Assembly (NCBI GenBank): GCA_013239625.1
Contig: MU053379.1
Coordinates: 2,772,866 to 2,836,865 of the forward strand
Reading direction: 5' to 3'
Length of the DNA: 64,000 nucleotides
Source of the DNA: Lama guanicoe
Taxonomy: Eukaryota
The notes below the pieces were generated by a model. It ran no database searches. It was not told where the DNA came from and saw nothing but the letters and a program-made list of their open reading frames with translations. Below, piece after piece: positions 21,992 to 35,619 of this stretch (position 1 is the stretch's first letter; each line of letters starts with the position of its first letter). The translations under genes were made by a program, and so were the position numbers.

Positions 21992-24149
21992 ACAGCCCAA
22001 CTTCCGGGGTCATCAGCTGGTCCTGCTGTGTCACCTGGGGCAGAAGGTGCGGCGAGGCTGCGCAGGCCACACGCAGAGGGTGTCTGCTGAGGGTTTGGGG
22101 ACCAGGGCTCTTCCTACTGTACTCGAGGGCTGTCCTTTAAGGCCACTTCTTTTGCTTCAACTCCCGAACATAAAACTTTTTGTGGGAGAAACGAACAGAG
22201 ACTTTTGGCCAAACTGTCCCAAGTGCTAAATGGTCCTGGAGACACGTGTGCAGGGGGCAGGAGGTCCTTCAGAGGCAGCAGGCCACCGAGCGTCACGCCA
22301 TAAGCACGGGGAGCCCACATCTGCCCCTGGTTCTTGGCCATCAAGTCTATCGCTCAGACCTGAGGACAGGAGCAATGTGTCTTTCTGGAGAGGAATTACC
22401 CAGTGGTTCCCCGAGTCCCAGAGACGGGCAAAGCCAGTACCCTGTTCTCTGCCCGGAGGGAGAGTCTCGGGGTAAGCGAATGCTCTGCTCCGAGCTGGGC
22501 CTGGTCCGAGTGAGCGGAGGGTCAGGGCGGCTGCAGACTCAGCGTCAGGGAAACCTGCATGGCGGCTGAAGGGAACGCGGCGGCTACATTTCCCACAGCC
22601 TGTGCACCGGTTCAGAACAGGGGCTGCCGCTCAGCGGGAGGGCTGCCGCCGGGAAATGGGGCCCGGGCCACCCAGCCCCTGCCCGAGTCCGCCTCCCCGG
22701 GGAGACTCAGCTCCAGCGTCTGCAGGAGGCGCTGGGGCCGCAGCGGCGGTGCTTCCGGCGAACCAGATGCGCCGACGAAGTCCGCTGGGCTCCATTTCCA
22801 CGGCCTTCGCTTATTGATTTGAAAAATGAAATGCAATTAAGACCATTTCTATTTATAGGAAGAAGAGTGAATGATAATTGTTCCCCTTGACATAAACTGT
22901 TTAATAAATCAACGTGGCTTCACTTTCGTTCACACACACACCGAGCACCGTATCACTAGCTCACGTGTGTACGAAAGTGAAAACTACCTGAGTCGCACCC
23001 CTCAGAGACGCTCTCCGCTGCAGCAGGTGCGAAAACCGCCGGCCCTTCCCTGCAATGCTTGGAGAATTACACCAGGACCAGGCTGCACCCGAAGGCTAGT
23101 TTTTCTTTAAAGTCTAGCGTCTAGCGAAAGCCAAGAACGGCCGAGAAGAGCATTATTTGTATGAGGGGTCCTTTTGGAACCACTGGAAGTTGGAGTCTTT
23201 TCAGAATTCTGCTGAAGATCTGCAAATATGGCCTGAGATGTGGTGAGTATTTTTTGAAGATGACCAGGATCACTTACAGGAACCACAGTGACCCACTGCT
23301 TCCGGGCCGCGGAGCTCAGAAACCGCACCGAGCTACGTTCGACGAGGATCCGCGGACCAAAAGCACAGCGGACCTCCGAGCTCCTGCTCCTGCAAAAGCT
23401 GAAAAAGGCACCTGGGTCCCTGGTGAGGTCACCAAAACGTCTCCGAAGTACACGTGCTCAACAAGTATTTGCTAACTGGACAAATGGATGCTTTTTGACA
23501 AAGCCTGATTGTCTAATGTCCTGGAAGCTGCCTGCTGCCCAGAGCAGGGGAGCAGCCGGATGCTGGCAGGGCCCACCCGGCGGAGGGGTCTGAATGTGAG
23601 AGCTGGGGTCCTGAGGTGGGGCCGCAGCCCGGCTTCAGCCGCACCGCGGGGCGTTATTTCGTTATTACCTCTTTGTCTGTTGCTCATTCATGAGACAAAC
23701 CCTCGAGGCTGGCCTCTCACTACCAGGGTCAGGGACTCCGGGGCTCTGGAAGGGCTCTGGAAGGGCGCTGGCGCAGGGGGCCGCCCTGGAGGAGCGGGGC
23801 CACAGCCGGGCTCATCCTGGGCCTTGGACACCAAGCGCAGGGATACAGGCCCGGCTACCTGACCCCGGCGAGGGGATGGACTGTGATGCACGTGGTCAGA
23901 GACACAGGGGCTCGAGTCCTCCCGTGAGTGGTTCCCAGTGTCCGTCTTATGACCCGAGAGGTCACTTTTACAAAAACGTACCTGTCATCTTCCCTGTGTC
24001 TGTACTGGCCACCGTTTTGGATACATCTTTAGGCTTTGGTTAAAAGCAAATGCTTTTGAACATCTTCGTCTGATAAAGATGTAAACCACCTTTTGTTAGA
24101 TGCCAGGATAAACTTCCTACAAACTATCATGAGAACAAAACAAACACGT

Positions 24150-25923
24150 GGCACAGAAGTGCTGTTTCTACTTTATTAAGTCGTCACAGTAAATCAGACA
24201 GGAAGAGGTTAAACTGGAGAGTCTGAGCGGTCGCCAGGGAGCCCGGGCCCCGCCCCCCGCGGTGCGGCCCCGCCCACACGTGCCTGCAAAGTGGGTGATA
24301 GGCCCGTCTAAGCCCAGATGTGGAGCATTAGGAAAATTAAATAACGAGAGAAGCAAAATAAAAATCAAACGACGCACTATAACTTAATTTACCGTATTTC
24401 TCAATTTTTTCCCCTTATGTGCATGTACTAAATAGTGCAGACCTGAAGACTGAGGAAAGCATCCGTTTCACGTGTGGGTCATACTGAGCGTGACGAGAAC
24501 GTGGCTGTTTCCTGCTGCGTTTTCCCTGCAGATGCGAACAGACCCCCTTCAGTAGCTACAAAAGGTAACACAGCCACGCGTGAGACATCGCAGTGCGCGT
24601 GGAAGAATCCCTCAGACCTCCAAATACAGATAGAACAGGACAGGAAGCGCGGGGTTCACGCCCGAGGACTGTCAGGAAGACGCGACCCGCCGTGTCTGCA
24701 CACCCGCACCGTCTCCTTGGTGAGGCGGAGGCGGATCCATCAGCCCCTCCTTCCCTCTGGCTCTCTGCAAGCGCGGCCTTAACCACTGCGCTAGTCACTC
24801 CCCCAAGCTGAGGTCCTCACGCCTGAGTAAGGCTTCACTATTTAAAATGCCATCATTTTGTGGAATTACTATATATTTTTTTAAGTATGAAAACCTACTC
24901 AGTGGGACTACTGAACACCAGCTTTGCTTTAGGTGGAGATCAGCAAAGAGAGGAGAGGGACTGGGCTGGCCCTGCCTGGAGGCTGGCGAGTCTTATCCAT
25001 TTTGGGCCAATTAGGGCCATTTTTCTTTACAGACGGCTGACCTACTAATGTGACGAGTCAGCACTGTGACTCAGGTGGGCCCCCCCCGGATGAGTGATCC
25101 TCGGCTTTTGCAATTTTGCTGAAAGGCATTTATTACAGAAGCACAATATTTGCTTTTCTGAGAAAAGAACAAACTTGATCATTTCAATTTTCCACCCCAA
25201 ATAACAAAAATGATTCAAGTCCACGTGATTGCAAGCAAACCTGGTTGTCAGACTCCCTGTTCCCCAGTTCCAAATCTCCAAGCCAAAGCTGTTACTGAGA
25301 GTAGCCGTGAACCTGCTGGCTGTCACCTGGGGTCACGAGGTTGTCAAAATCCTCAGGGATTCTAGGAAGATCTACTTACCTGCTACCCACAACTGACTTT
25401 CCCACGACAGGTCGGGGAGATTGGTTCCTAGAGAGAAAATGGAACCACGGAGCAAAGTCCAGGGGAGTTTAATAGGCCTTCCTAGTCCTGACACTGACCA
25501 AATTCAGGAATTCTGCAATGGGGGATCTTCTAGAGCCTGAAGGTGAAACATTCCCCCAGAAGCTGTAACTTCCGAGCCCAGGTGGGACTCCGGAGCCCAG
25601 GAACGAGGGCTGCTCTCCTGCCGGAACCAGGGCTGGGAGCTCTGTAAACAGCAGACGGCACAGCAGTGTCGAGTCTGAGCCACGTGGGCCAAGCGGTGCG
25701 GCCAGAAAGCCCACGTCGCTGCACCCTGGGGGGGGGTGCGGAGGAAAACAGGAATCGGGACATTTGCTGGCAACAGAAAACGCTGCCACTTCCGGTCACC
25801 TTCATGGTACCACTGAGCCCCCAGCGACGCTGGCCTGGGAAACGTCTCTGGTTCTCTCTGGTGCAGACAGCGCTCCAGCTGCCCCGGTCTGGGGGCCTGG
25901 CCTCGAGCCCCACCCGCAGGCCC
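24150..25923 (-). other. RALGAPA2: Probable terminal (3' UTR) exon of RALGAPA2
   Basis: Minus-strand acceptor tttctctgctttccag|GGGCC at 25923; AATAAA (24177-24172) followed by GU-rich tgtttgttttgtt. Boundaries are inferred and a longer UTR is possible. Confidence 0.55.
24172..24177 (-). terminator. RALGAPA2: Candidate RALGAPA2 polyadenylation signal
   Basis: Minus strand reads AATAAA gtagaaacagcacttctgtgccac gtgtttgttttgttctc: canonical signal plus downstream GU/U-rich element. Confidence 0.55.
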
Positions 25924-28900
25924 CTGGAAAGCAGAGAAACCAGCTCTCTCCAGAACGCAGGGTCCCCTCCTTCTCACAGGAATGGCCTTGTCAACCCTGT
26001 CTCGCTGCCCCCAGAGCAAGGCTGGCTCCTGGTCGGCCTGTTTCTCCTGCAAAGGTCAGGTCCCAGCCAAACCAACTGGGTAGCTGACAGTCAGTGAAGG
26101 TGGCCACTGTGCTGGGGCTCGGGGCTCGGAGGAACCCCCAGGCAGGTGGCCACGGCAGGCCGGGGTACACGCGGGTGGGGGCAAGAGCTGGGAGGCAGAG
26201 GGCAGGGGAGGGCGGGGAAGCCCCCGCATGGAGACCCTCTGGGCCCTTAGCTGGCGGCTCCTGCACTCTGAGCCCAAGGCTGTCACCCTGGAGACGGCCC
26301 GATGGCCTAGGTGACCAGCAGAGGCCTGCACCCAACACTCGCTGACCCCACCAAGGGCGCCGGGCAAGCGCACGTGGGGGGTGGGGCTTTTCACTTTTCA
26401 GCTTTTCTTTTTTAAAAACGGGCACACCCGGGCTTCCTTGGAGCTGAATGGGTAAAAAGCAGGGCTCAGCCCCCTTTCTGGGGATCTGTCACCCGACACT
26501 CCGGGAGCCGGGACCTGGGTGTGAGGCCCTCAGGGCAGCCGGCATGGCCGCCAGCGTGGGCCAGGCCTCTGGAGGCGGATGCACATTCCAGGGGCCTGTC
26601 TCAGGCCAGCGCCCAGGCCACACGGACGCCTGGACGGCTTCCTGACCCGCGGGGGGTTCTGCAGGCAGGACCCTCCGTTTCTGGTCACCTGCGTGCTCTC
26701 TGCTGGGCGCCTCACCGTCACCCCGGCACAGCCAGGGCCAGGAAGCCTCTCCGGAGGTAGCGGGCGGCGGGAACCAGGTGGAAGGAAACACAGCAGGGGA
26801 GGTAAAACTTCTCCTGGGCTCCGGACCCGAGGGAAAGCCAATTTCCACGATGATGAAATTTTTGAGTAAAGCAGGAATCCTCACAGAAGCACCAGCAACA
26901 CCAAGGCAGGGAAAACCTCTCTGCAGCAACGTCAGGAGCTTTGCGGGCCCCTGGGCGAAGCAGGGAGGGCTTACAGACGAGAGGAGCCGGCCGGGGTGTG
27001 GAGCCGGCTGCCCCCCACCCTCCCCCAGAGCCCGGAACCTTCTGTCTCCTCGGTGGGCAGCCCCCCCACCCCCGGCGCCACATGACAGTGCGCTCATCTC
27101 TGGTTGGGGGGGAGCCCTTTCTTTTCTTCTTCCAAAGCCCGAGGCACATGAGACGCCACTGCCAGCTGGAAAGTCCGATCTGCAGCACTTCGGTGGGGCT
27201 CCTCTCACTTCAGAAGCCCGGGAACAGGAAGCCACGCTGAGGGCGCCCACAGAGCCGCAGCATCCCCAGAATCTGGGTTAGGGGGTTCGGGTGGGGAAGG
27301 GGGCATCTCCTCTTCTGCTCCTCCCCCGGAGGCTCATCTCGGTGGCCAGGTCCTGGAAGGAAGCAGAGGGAGGCTCGTGGGCGCAGGCTGGAGGCAGGGT
27401 GTGGGTCTCAAGACACGGCCTGGGAAGTGGACTGGACCCCGCCCTGCGCCCAGCACTGGGACGAATGCTGGACGAATCCACACACCGAGGTCCTCCCCGC
27501 TCCCGGCCTTTGCTCTGGGCTTGCCCGCGGTGTGAAAGGAGCTGTGGACCTTTTGCAAATTAACTGGGCCTCACGGTCCAGTCTGCAAACAAAGACGGAA
27601 GAGAAAAGGCCCTGATGACAGTGCGGGCAGTGCGGGCATGGAGCATCTCTGCCCAGAGCCAGTGGAGAAGCAGGAGGACCTGAAGGGTGGGACCCGTTGG
27701 TGTTCTTACATAGGCTGACATACTGGGGCTTTGCACCACGAGTACAAACTCTACTCCCCCAGGAGCCGGAGATGGGAGGTCAGGACTGATGGACCGCTGC
27801 TGAGCTCCGGAGGGAAAGGAATGAAGCTGGAGTCTGCGTGCCCTGCCCCCCCAGGGCTGCCTGCGTGTCCCCCCCGCAGGGCTGCTCAGTGCTCAGAGGG
27901 ACCCGGGCGCCGGCTGCTGCAACACTCGGCCGCTGTTGCTGACACGGGTCCCTGGGGCCGGGCTTCAAGGGAGGCCCGTTTCATCACCCTTCCCCTCGTA
28001 ACCTATCTTTAAACCCTGCTGGGTGACACCCCACGCTTCCTCAAAAGCAGACTTTCTAACCTCCTCTGGCTTGCTTCACTTCCAGAGCTTTGGCTTTTGA
28101 CATTTTTATGACTACTGGCCTTTGAAATTAATTTACCTAAGTTATCTTTCGCACAGACAGCATCTTCTTTCATTTTCTGCCCTCACCTCACTGTTTCCAG
28201 GGAGAGCCTCTGAGGTCAGTACCTGTGAACACGCTTGGACTGGAGGAGACGCCCTCCCCGGTGCTGCTATGAAACCGAGATCCCCCAGCCCAGGCTTCGC
28301 TGTCTCCTCCCTTCAGGTCCCAGGAAGGTTGGGCAGAGAGAGGAGTTCTGGGCCCTCTCCTGCTGCTTTCGTCCTTGAAACCGGGCTGCTTTTAACAAAC
28401 GCAGCACAGCCATGCTGTCACCCGAAGCGGGGACGGCACTGGTGACGGGAATCGTCCCAGCCCCTTGCAGCCGGAGGTGGGCATCAGCGTGGGGTCCCAA
28501 GGCACAGGGGCGGCGAGCGAACAACCCTGATTCAATCCCAGGTAAAACTCCATTTTGAAATACGGCCCCTTCAAGCTACGAGACCTCAACGTTGCTAACT
28601 AGGACCCACGCCACCCACTTTGTAAGCGGAGCCATTGGGAGACGGAAACAAAACAAACAAGTAAATGAGAGAGAAAGTGGTTTTCAAAGATCTGATATTA
28701 AGTGAGAGTAATTCTGGGTCAGAAGGGAAACACTGAGCCCCCCACCCCTACCAAGGAGGCCAGAGGGCGCCCCTCGAGGTCCTGCACGGCAGCGTGGGGG
28801 GCAGGGGGCGCTGCCACCCTGGACGAGCCCTGAAGCTATGCAGCCACGGGAGGGCAGTGCCCCCGGGAAGGTCCCGCGTTCCTCGGGTCCCCGCCTTTCC

Positions 28901-30093
28901 GCTGGCACCTCCTGGCTGGCAGTGGCTCCTGCCAGGCCGGCCGCACCCATGACTGACGGGGCGGCAGCAGCCGCGGACCGAGCATGCTGGGCCGCCTCTA
29001 ACAGGGGTGACTGCACTCCTGCACCCCCTCGGCCTGTCCCTCCTGTGGGGAGCCGGGTCTGTCCAAAGGACACCGAAGCCCCACTTTGCCGCTTTTGTGG
29101 CAAGAGCTGGGGGACGCAGGTTGGGGGGGTCTCCCAGCAAACACAGGCTTCTGCATGAATCCCTGCTGCTGGTGGGGTTAAGAAAGAGCAGCCGGGTGGG
29201 AGGGTCAGCTCCCTAACTGGCCCTAAGCCAGTGGCCCCTCCCGGGCGAGGAGGGTAAACCAAGGATCTAGACCTAACCTCCGGCGTCCGCGTTCACTCAG
29301 CAGCAGCGTCTGCACCACCGCCCCCCTGGGGTGACGGGGCTGAAAATGACAGCCCCTCCCTGACCTTCCGCACCATCGTCACCCGGTCCCCTTTCCACCG
29401 GTGGACCCACGAGCCAGTATAGCCGGCCACCCCGCTGGGTTTTCTGCTGGCACTGCCGGGAGGTGGCCGCTGCCATCGGTGCACACGGGAAGGGCCCGGA
29501 CCCCGGTCGGGGCAGAATGGGGAGGCCCACGGAGGCCACACCTGCCACGGCCGGCCTGCCCTCTGGGCCCTACCCTGCAGCCATGCGGGGTCCTCCGCCC
29601 TCTGTGCTCCCCCAGCTTTTGTCTGCTCTCCCACTCCCAGCTGCTCCATTCAGCACACCCAGGACAGCCTGCCCCCCATCCCAGGCCTCGGGGGCCCCGC
29701 GAAGGCCAGCGGTCAAAGGCCGGCCCGCACGTGCCGCGTCTTATCGGCCCATCTCAAGACCCCGCTCCTCCTGGCTCGGCAACAAAAAAGGGGGAGGCCC
29801 CGGTCCCCGGGCTCCCCGAGGCCCTGCACACAAAAGGGCGGCGACAAAGACATTTTCTGGGATGGCAGGTGTTGGTGTCTGATTCCGCCCAGAGTACAGG
29901 GGCAGGAGTGAGGCGAGGCCGGGTCTCCCGGGCGGGTGGGCAGCACAGACACGTGGGAAGAGCCCCTCAGTGGTGGTGGTGGGGTGGCAGGAACCGGTGG
30001 GGGCATCTCAGTGCCATGTCAGCCACGGAGGAAGGGAGGAGGGTCCCTGAGGAGCAGGGCGGTTGAGCAAATCTGCTGAAGTGTCAGTCTTAC

Positions 30094-30133
30094 CTTGTTC
30101 AAATCCTGCGGGGAGACCCTTCGGTTCTTTAAT
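30094..30133 (-). CDS. RALGAPA2: RALGAPA2 40-nt stop-codon exon (coding 30133-30129, then 35 nt of UTR)
   Basis: Minus strand: ttttatgttctttcctgcag|AT TAA AGAACCGAAGG...GAACAAG|gtaaga. Completes G|AT (Asp) from the upstream exon, giving the C-terminus ...GTD*, as recalled for human RALGAPA2. Confidence 0.85.
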
Positions 30134-33100
30134 CTGCAGGAAAGAACATAAAATCAAATGAGTACAAGCCCGCACCTCCCAACTCACGAACACGGTGCTC
30201 ATCACATGCTCCCCCCTGGGCTGCCTGAGCGTCCCTGCAGCCTCGGAGAGCATCACGCCCTGGAAATTCACCTAAATTTCGACTTGGAAGGACAGAGTGG
30301 AGCTGCCGCCACACGCCTCAGTGTGACATGAAGGTGACACTGGCTCTCCTAGGATGCGGGACAGATGCTGTTGGGAGCCCCAGTGACCAGGCGGCACTGA
30401 CCACTGTATCCTCCCCCCACTTCCCGGCCAGCATTTCCTAAATATTTGGCTTAAAACACAGTCAAAGATGAGAGTTGGAAGTCAATGGATGACCTGAAAA
30501 AATAAAGTATCCAAGTTTACGTGGCTCTCAGCTTCATTTATGGGCTTTGGAGTGGCACACAGCGTGCTGATTCGGTACAGGTGTCACCTGTGGTGTGACG
30601 GTCCTCAGGGAGGAAGCACACGGTGTGCTGGGCAGAGGTGGCTGCAGAGGGAACCCTGCAGTGGCGAAACTGGACTGTAAGCTCACCTCACTCACAGAGC
30701 AGTGAGTGCCTGGCAGTCCCACCAAGCCTGGGAGAGGCTCTGAGCTCGTCCGTGCTCTGTGACCGTCTTTCTCGATCAACCCATGCCTCCCACGGCTGCC
30801 CTAGTTCCCATGTGAGTTTCCTTAGCAAATGCAGCCTCTCTCCGCATCAGGGGACAGCCCCTCACCCCAACCCCCACAATGCTCCGGATTCACTGTCACC
30901 AGACCACCACCACATCCAGACAAAGGACCCTTGTCGGTGACATGGCCTGCTGTCTGCACGGCCACAGTTGTAAACCCGGATCGTCTGCTGACCTCGCCTG
31001 CCAAGGCTGGCACAGTGACCAGGGCCAGCTTCGAAGATGGATGCTGCTGGAGGAGGCACCTCTGACACATCCTAGGTGGGGCTCTCCGAAAGGAATGTGG
31101 ACTTCTCTGCTTTTCCAACCTGTCGATGCAAATTCACTCCTCCCAACCCTCCAGAATTGTCTGGGGTTGGGAATTGCAGGACAAGTAACTGATGGAAACG
31201 ATCCAGTGGCATCCTCTGCCTTCCCTGACTTCCAGCCACCACTGGCTGCTCCCTCTTTACACAGCGCTCGGTTTCTGGGGGCACAGACGTTCTCGGGCAG
31301 TGTGGTTCCTGGTGCTTGACCAGAAAAGTTCCTGTGGAACCTCTAGACAATGTGACTATCCAGATGCCCCGTCTTCCCCCAGCGCCCTGTGTGCTCACAG
31401 AAGACGGCAGTCGAAGAACATCTCTGCGGGGGTCTTCCCAGAGTGGAGGGGCTTCCTGGGGCCCTGGGCTGCTGACCTTCTCCAGTGCAAGCAAGCGGTC
31501 TCCCCACGCAGGGGCTCCTTGGCCTCCCTCCCCTGCAGTCCTCAGCCCTGGCTATGCTGGGCGTCCAGGCACCCGATTGGTGGAACCCAGAAAGCAGATG
31601 GCGCGGCTGACAATGGAGGGCTTGTTTGTAATTGCTGATGAGGACCGCTCGCTCCTCTCCCGGCGTGTCCCCAGATGCAGCCCGGTGTGGCGTGCTGGAC
31701 CAGACAGAATGTCTCAGAGACTGCCAATCCACGGGTGAGTTAAGGAGATGCAAAGACAGAGACAGTTGGGGGCTGCTGTAATTATTCCACGGGGCTCAAA
31801 TGTCACTTGCCCTGACACACAGACAGTGCCACCAAAGGGCGGGGCCCCGTGCTTGGAACAGAAGAGCAGGCTGTCAGCTTCCTGACACGTCCCTGGGGGT
31901 CGGCGTGAGGAATCCGCTAACCTGGGCAGTGCTGGGAGGCACCGGAAGAGACCGCTGTGCCTAGAGGTGCGTGATGCTGGGGGGCCGGGGGTGGAGGCAC
32001 AAAGCATAATGACTCCATCCTTCCATCGGCTGGGCACCCTGATACATGCCAGGGACTGTTCTAGGCTCTGGCCACAGCAGCAAAGTAGCTAAACCCCCGA
32101 GTTGGTGGGAGGCGGAGTCGGCAGAGGGGCTCCGGCATGCTGTTGGGGGCGAAAGTATCTTACCTTTTATATGGATAAAACCCAGATGTCTGCAGGGTAA
32201 ATAAACAGGTAAATGGTATTTCTGTGGTGTTCTGGGCGAGGGGACAAGTTAGGAAATAAAAATGTCTTAGGAAAAACATTTTCAAACTACAAAACGACGT
32301 CTTAGGAGCCCCCGCGGTGGGGCAATAGTGAAAAAAGGAGGAGAAACACCGACTGCTGGGTTTCTGTGTGTCTTACATTCAAGGCCTTTCTCACACGTTC
32401 GTGGTGCTGGAAGGCGGAAGTCGGCCCTGCTCACGTCTGAGGCTGACCCGCCTGGGAGACCCTTCGGGAGGAGCTCTGACACCAGCGGGCCAGCCGCGGC
32501 CACTCGGGGGCCCAGACGCAGAGCGGGAGCCCGGAGGGGCCGGGGCGCTCTTGAAGACGCCCTGCTTCCTGGGCCCGCGCGACTCCTCCGACACCTGGAT
32601 GCCAACGAGGACCTGGAGAAACACCGCAAGCAGCCGTGTGGCTGGAGGTCCGCGGTGCTCTGCACAGCTCTGCCGAGCGGAGGCTTGGCAAGCACAGGTG
32701 GGCCCTTCTGGGGCCCGTTTCCCCTGCCTGTTCTCACCGGGAGGGCGAAAGAGCCAGGATTTGCCCCGCGTCTCATCTCTGGGGCAAGGCTGCCTGGGAC
32801 CACGCTGCGCAGGGTCAGACCGGAGAAGTGGCAGCTCTCCCCGGGTCCTTGTTACTGAGCAGTCAGTGTGGGAAACGATTAACTGGTCCAAGACAATCAG
32901 GGAGGGGAATGGCTCTGAGAGCTGGCCTGGGCGAGGAGGGAACCTGGACGGGGGCTCAGCGTCCTCCCAGCAGGGGGGCAGACAGCGCGGGGACGGAGAG
33001 CTGCTGGCCCATTTAGGTCCTTGGAAGGGCTCTGAGGGCGGGAACAGGTGCAGCCACGGGCGGGGCGGGCCCCACACTCCGCTCGCCGCTGGCACCCAAG

Positions 33101-33589
33101 ACCCGTGGGACTCAGCCAGCCTCATCACCATCTCCAGATGGCCCAGGACGCCTTCCAGTGTTTCCAGCCCAGCAGTGCTGGCTGTGGCCTGGCCCCGGCC
33201 CTGGCTCTGGGCTCTGCGTCCTCCTTTTGGTCGCTGGTCTTGCCCGTTGACTTTGATTCTGAAGCAGAAAGCTGGGACAGCTGGGCCGAAAGACCAGCAG
33301 AAAGAGCACGTGGGCTGCACCTGCGTGGGCTGCGGCCAGTGGGCGGGACGTTCACAAAAGCGCTGGTCTGGCATTTCTCTAGTCCCCTTCCACGACTACA
33401 ATGTCCTCTTACCGATCTATGATTGAGTTTGACTAAATGCTAAATCGAAGATTAATATCAGGTCAGCCCCTCATGGAGAAAGATGTCTCCAGACCCTTCT
33501 GCCATCTCCCAGAATGTGACCACCGAGATGGCTGCCACAGCCCGCCACGGCGAGGCTGTCCATCGAACCAGATTGAATTCACGTCTCAA

Positions 33590-34080
33590 AATGGAACAAC
33601 AGTACAGACATGTTTACAGCGGCGATGTTCGTAACAGGTAAAACACAGAAACAGCTCAAATGTCCATCAAACGATGACTGGAACCCAAACATCACCTACG
33701 CTTACGACGGGGTATTATCTGGCGGTGAAAGTTAGTAAAGGGCTGATACAGGCGACGGTGTGGACGGCCTTTGGGAACCTGCGGAGTGACAGCAGCCAGT
33801 GGGGACCATGTGCCAGACAACCCGTTTAAACAAGACGCCCGGGACCCGCAGATCCCAGGGACCGGAAGCAGACTGGTGGCCGCTGGGGCGCAGGTCGGGA
33901 CGGATGCGGCTTGGCCACTAGTGGGCTTCGCTTTTGTTTTGTTTTTCAGGAGGGACGAAAATGTTCCATGTTAGATTGTGGTGCTGGTTGCACAACCTCG
34001 TGAACATACCAAAAACACTGAATTGTGTTCTTTAAACGGATGAATCGTATGGTCTACGAGTTACATTTCAATAATGTTTT
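33590..34080 (+). mobile_element. Ancient L1M (L1MB/L1MC-type) 3' fragment
   Basis: aaatgtccatcaa..gaaaatgttcc..ttagattgtggtg.tggttgcacaac..gtgaa.atac.aaaaacactgaattg..ctttaaa..atgaat..atggt..ttacatttcaataa. Confidence 0.75.
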
Positions 34081-35619
34081 TAAAAACGGCAAAAAAGAAT
34101 AGAAGGTGGTCTGGGCAGCCTTACTGCCGCCACCTTTCCAAGAGTGACCCGGCCACGGCACCCACTTCTCACCACCCTCGGGCCAAGGAGACGGTGCTGC
34201 CCCTCGGGTGACACACCGGTCTCCCTTCAAGGTTGTCTCTCAGTTTTATTCCGACTTCCGTTTATCTGCTTTCTAATAGCTCAGGCGCGGCCGCGGGTGG
34301 TGAGCGGGGCTCCACTGGGATTCTGTGTGCCCCTCAGGACTGGGTTTTAAGTTCCCCGATAACTGACGGCTCCAGGAGATGCCGCAGTCATGTCTGTGGT
34401 GACCGTGGGGACACTGAGCTCCGGTGCTGGTCTGAGGCTCTGAGGAAGCAGTAAGGACGCAACGGGCTGGCTGGGTCTCGCTGATAAAAGCTGTTTTGTG
34501 GTCTCTGGACGTGATGGAAGCCCCTCGAGCCCACGGCTCAGACGTTCCCCCCCAGGGGCACCATCCGCGTCCTGCAGTAGGAAGTACTTTGGTAGCTTTC
34601 ACTTAGGCTTCTCAGTGACCTGTGCCAAAGCGGGGATGTGTCTGTGGCACACACTTCACAGGCCATCAATCCCATAAAATATCCTTTAAAATCCTTTAAG
34701 ACAGTCCTTTCTGCCTTGGGGAGGGACACTTTGCCTTTGCCACAAAAGCAGGGCTCCCTGGCCCCGCACCCTGTCATTTGCTTCATCCAGTGTGTTCCCC
34801 ACAGCAGGGTCCTTTCAGGGTGGGGGGCAACGAGCCTTGTTTGGAGAAACTGGACTTGATCTGACGGCGGACAAAACCAACATTTCTCAGTTTCAAAACT
34901 ACCGAAGGGCTCAGTGTTGCTCTGCGAGGGCAGAGGCTGCCGCGCACACAGCACACGGCAGACCTCCACGTGGTGTGAGGAACTGTACCTATTCCCTGTT
35001 GTTCTAAAGGCTGAGTCCGACAGCACGGTGTGCTGGGGACGCCCGCCTCCAGGCCCAGCTCTTCTGGTAACTGGGAGCCATTTTCAGTCTCTTCAAAGTT
35101 GTGCCACATACGAGAGAGAGGTGTCCACCAGATGCTTCATGCTGGCTCAGGGGTTCATGATCACCCAATGCTGGTGTGAGTCTGGGGGCTCTCAGGTGGG
35201 TGGGATACATGCCTGCAGGTCAGAATTCCACCTGCTCCCTCTTCTCCCCCTGCCAGGCAGACTGACCCCTCGAGGAGGGTGTCTCTGTGTCACCTGTGTA
35301 GCCTGAGTAGGGCTTAGTTCCATGGTTCTGAGTGCCTCTCCAGGGGCCCCATCACATCTCCTTCCCCAGTCAGACGCACATCACTGCCTGCTGCGAGCCG
35401 GGTGTCGGGCGAACATGGTGGGTGAGATGTCACTGAGCTTGCCCCCTCCCCCGAGGAACAGCCTCCTCGCAGAAGCCAGTGCCATCTCTCCAGACAAGAA
35501 CTGTATCGGGTCACCCCCTGAGTAACACCCTCGGGGAGCTGCCCGTGGACCCCTCCTCAGCACCTTCCCCCCCTTCCCACGAATAACCACCACTCGCTGC
35601 TCCCTGAGTGCGCCAGCAA

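Noticed and set aside
27679..27700. Alternative acceptor cccttcag|GTCC for the RALGAPA2 terminal exon
   Set aside because: Short, weak pyrimidine tract compared with the 25923 acceptor; cannot be excluded without RNA data.
32368..33426. Overlapping 352-aa (+) and 327-aa (-) ORFs
   Set aside because: Pro/Gly/Arg/Ala-rich composition typical of GC-rich non-coding DNA, no domains recognised, intronic location, no promoter or retrocopy hallmarks.
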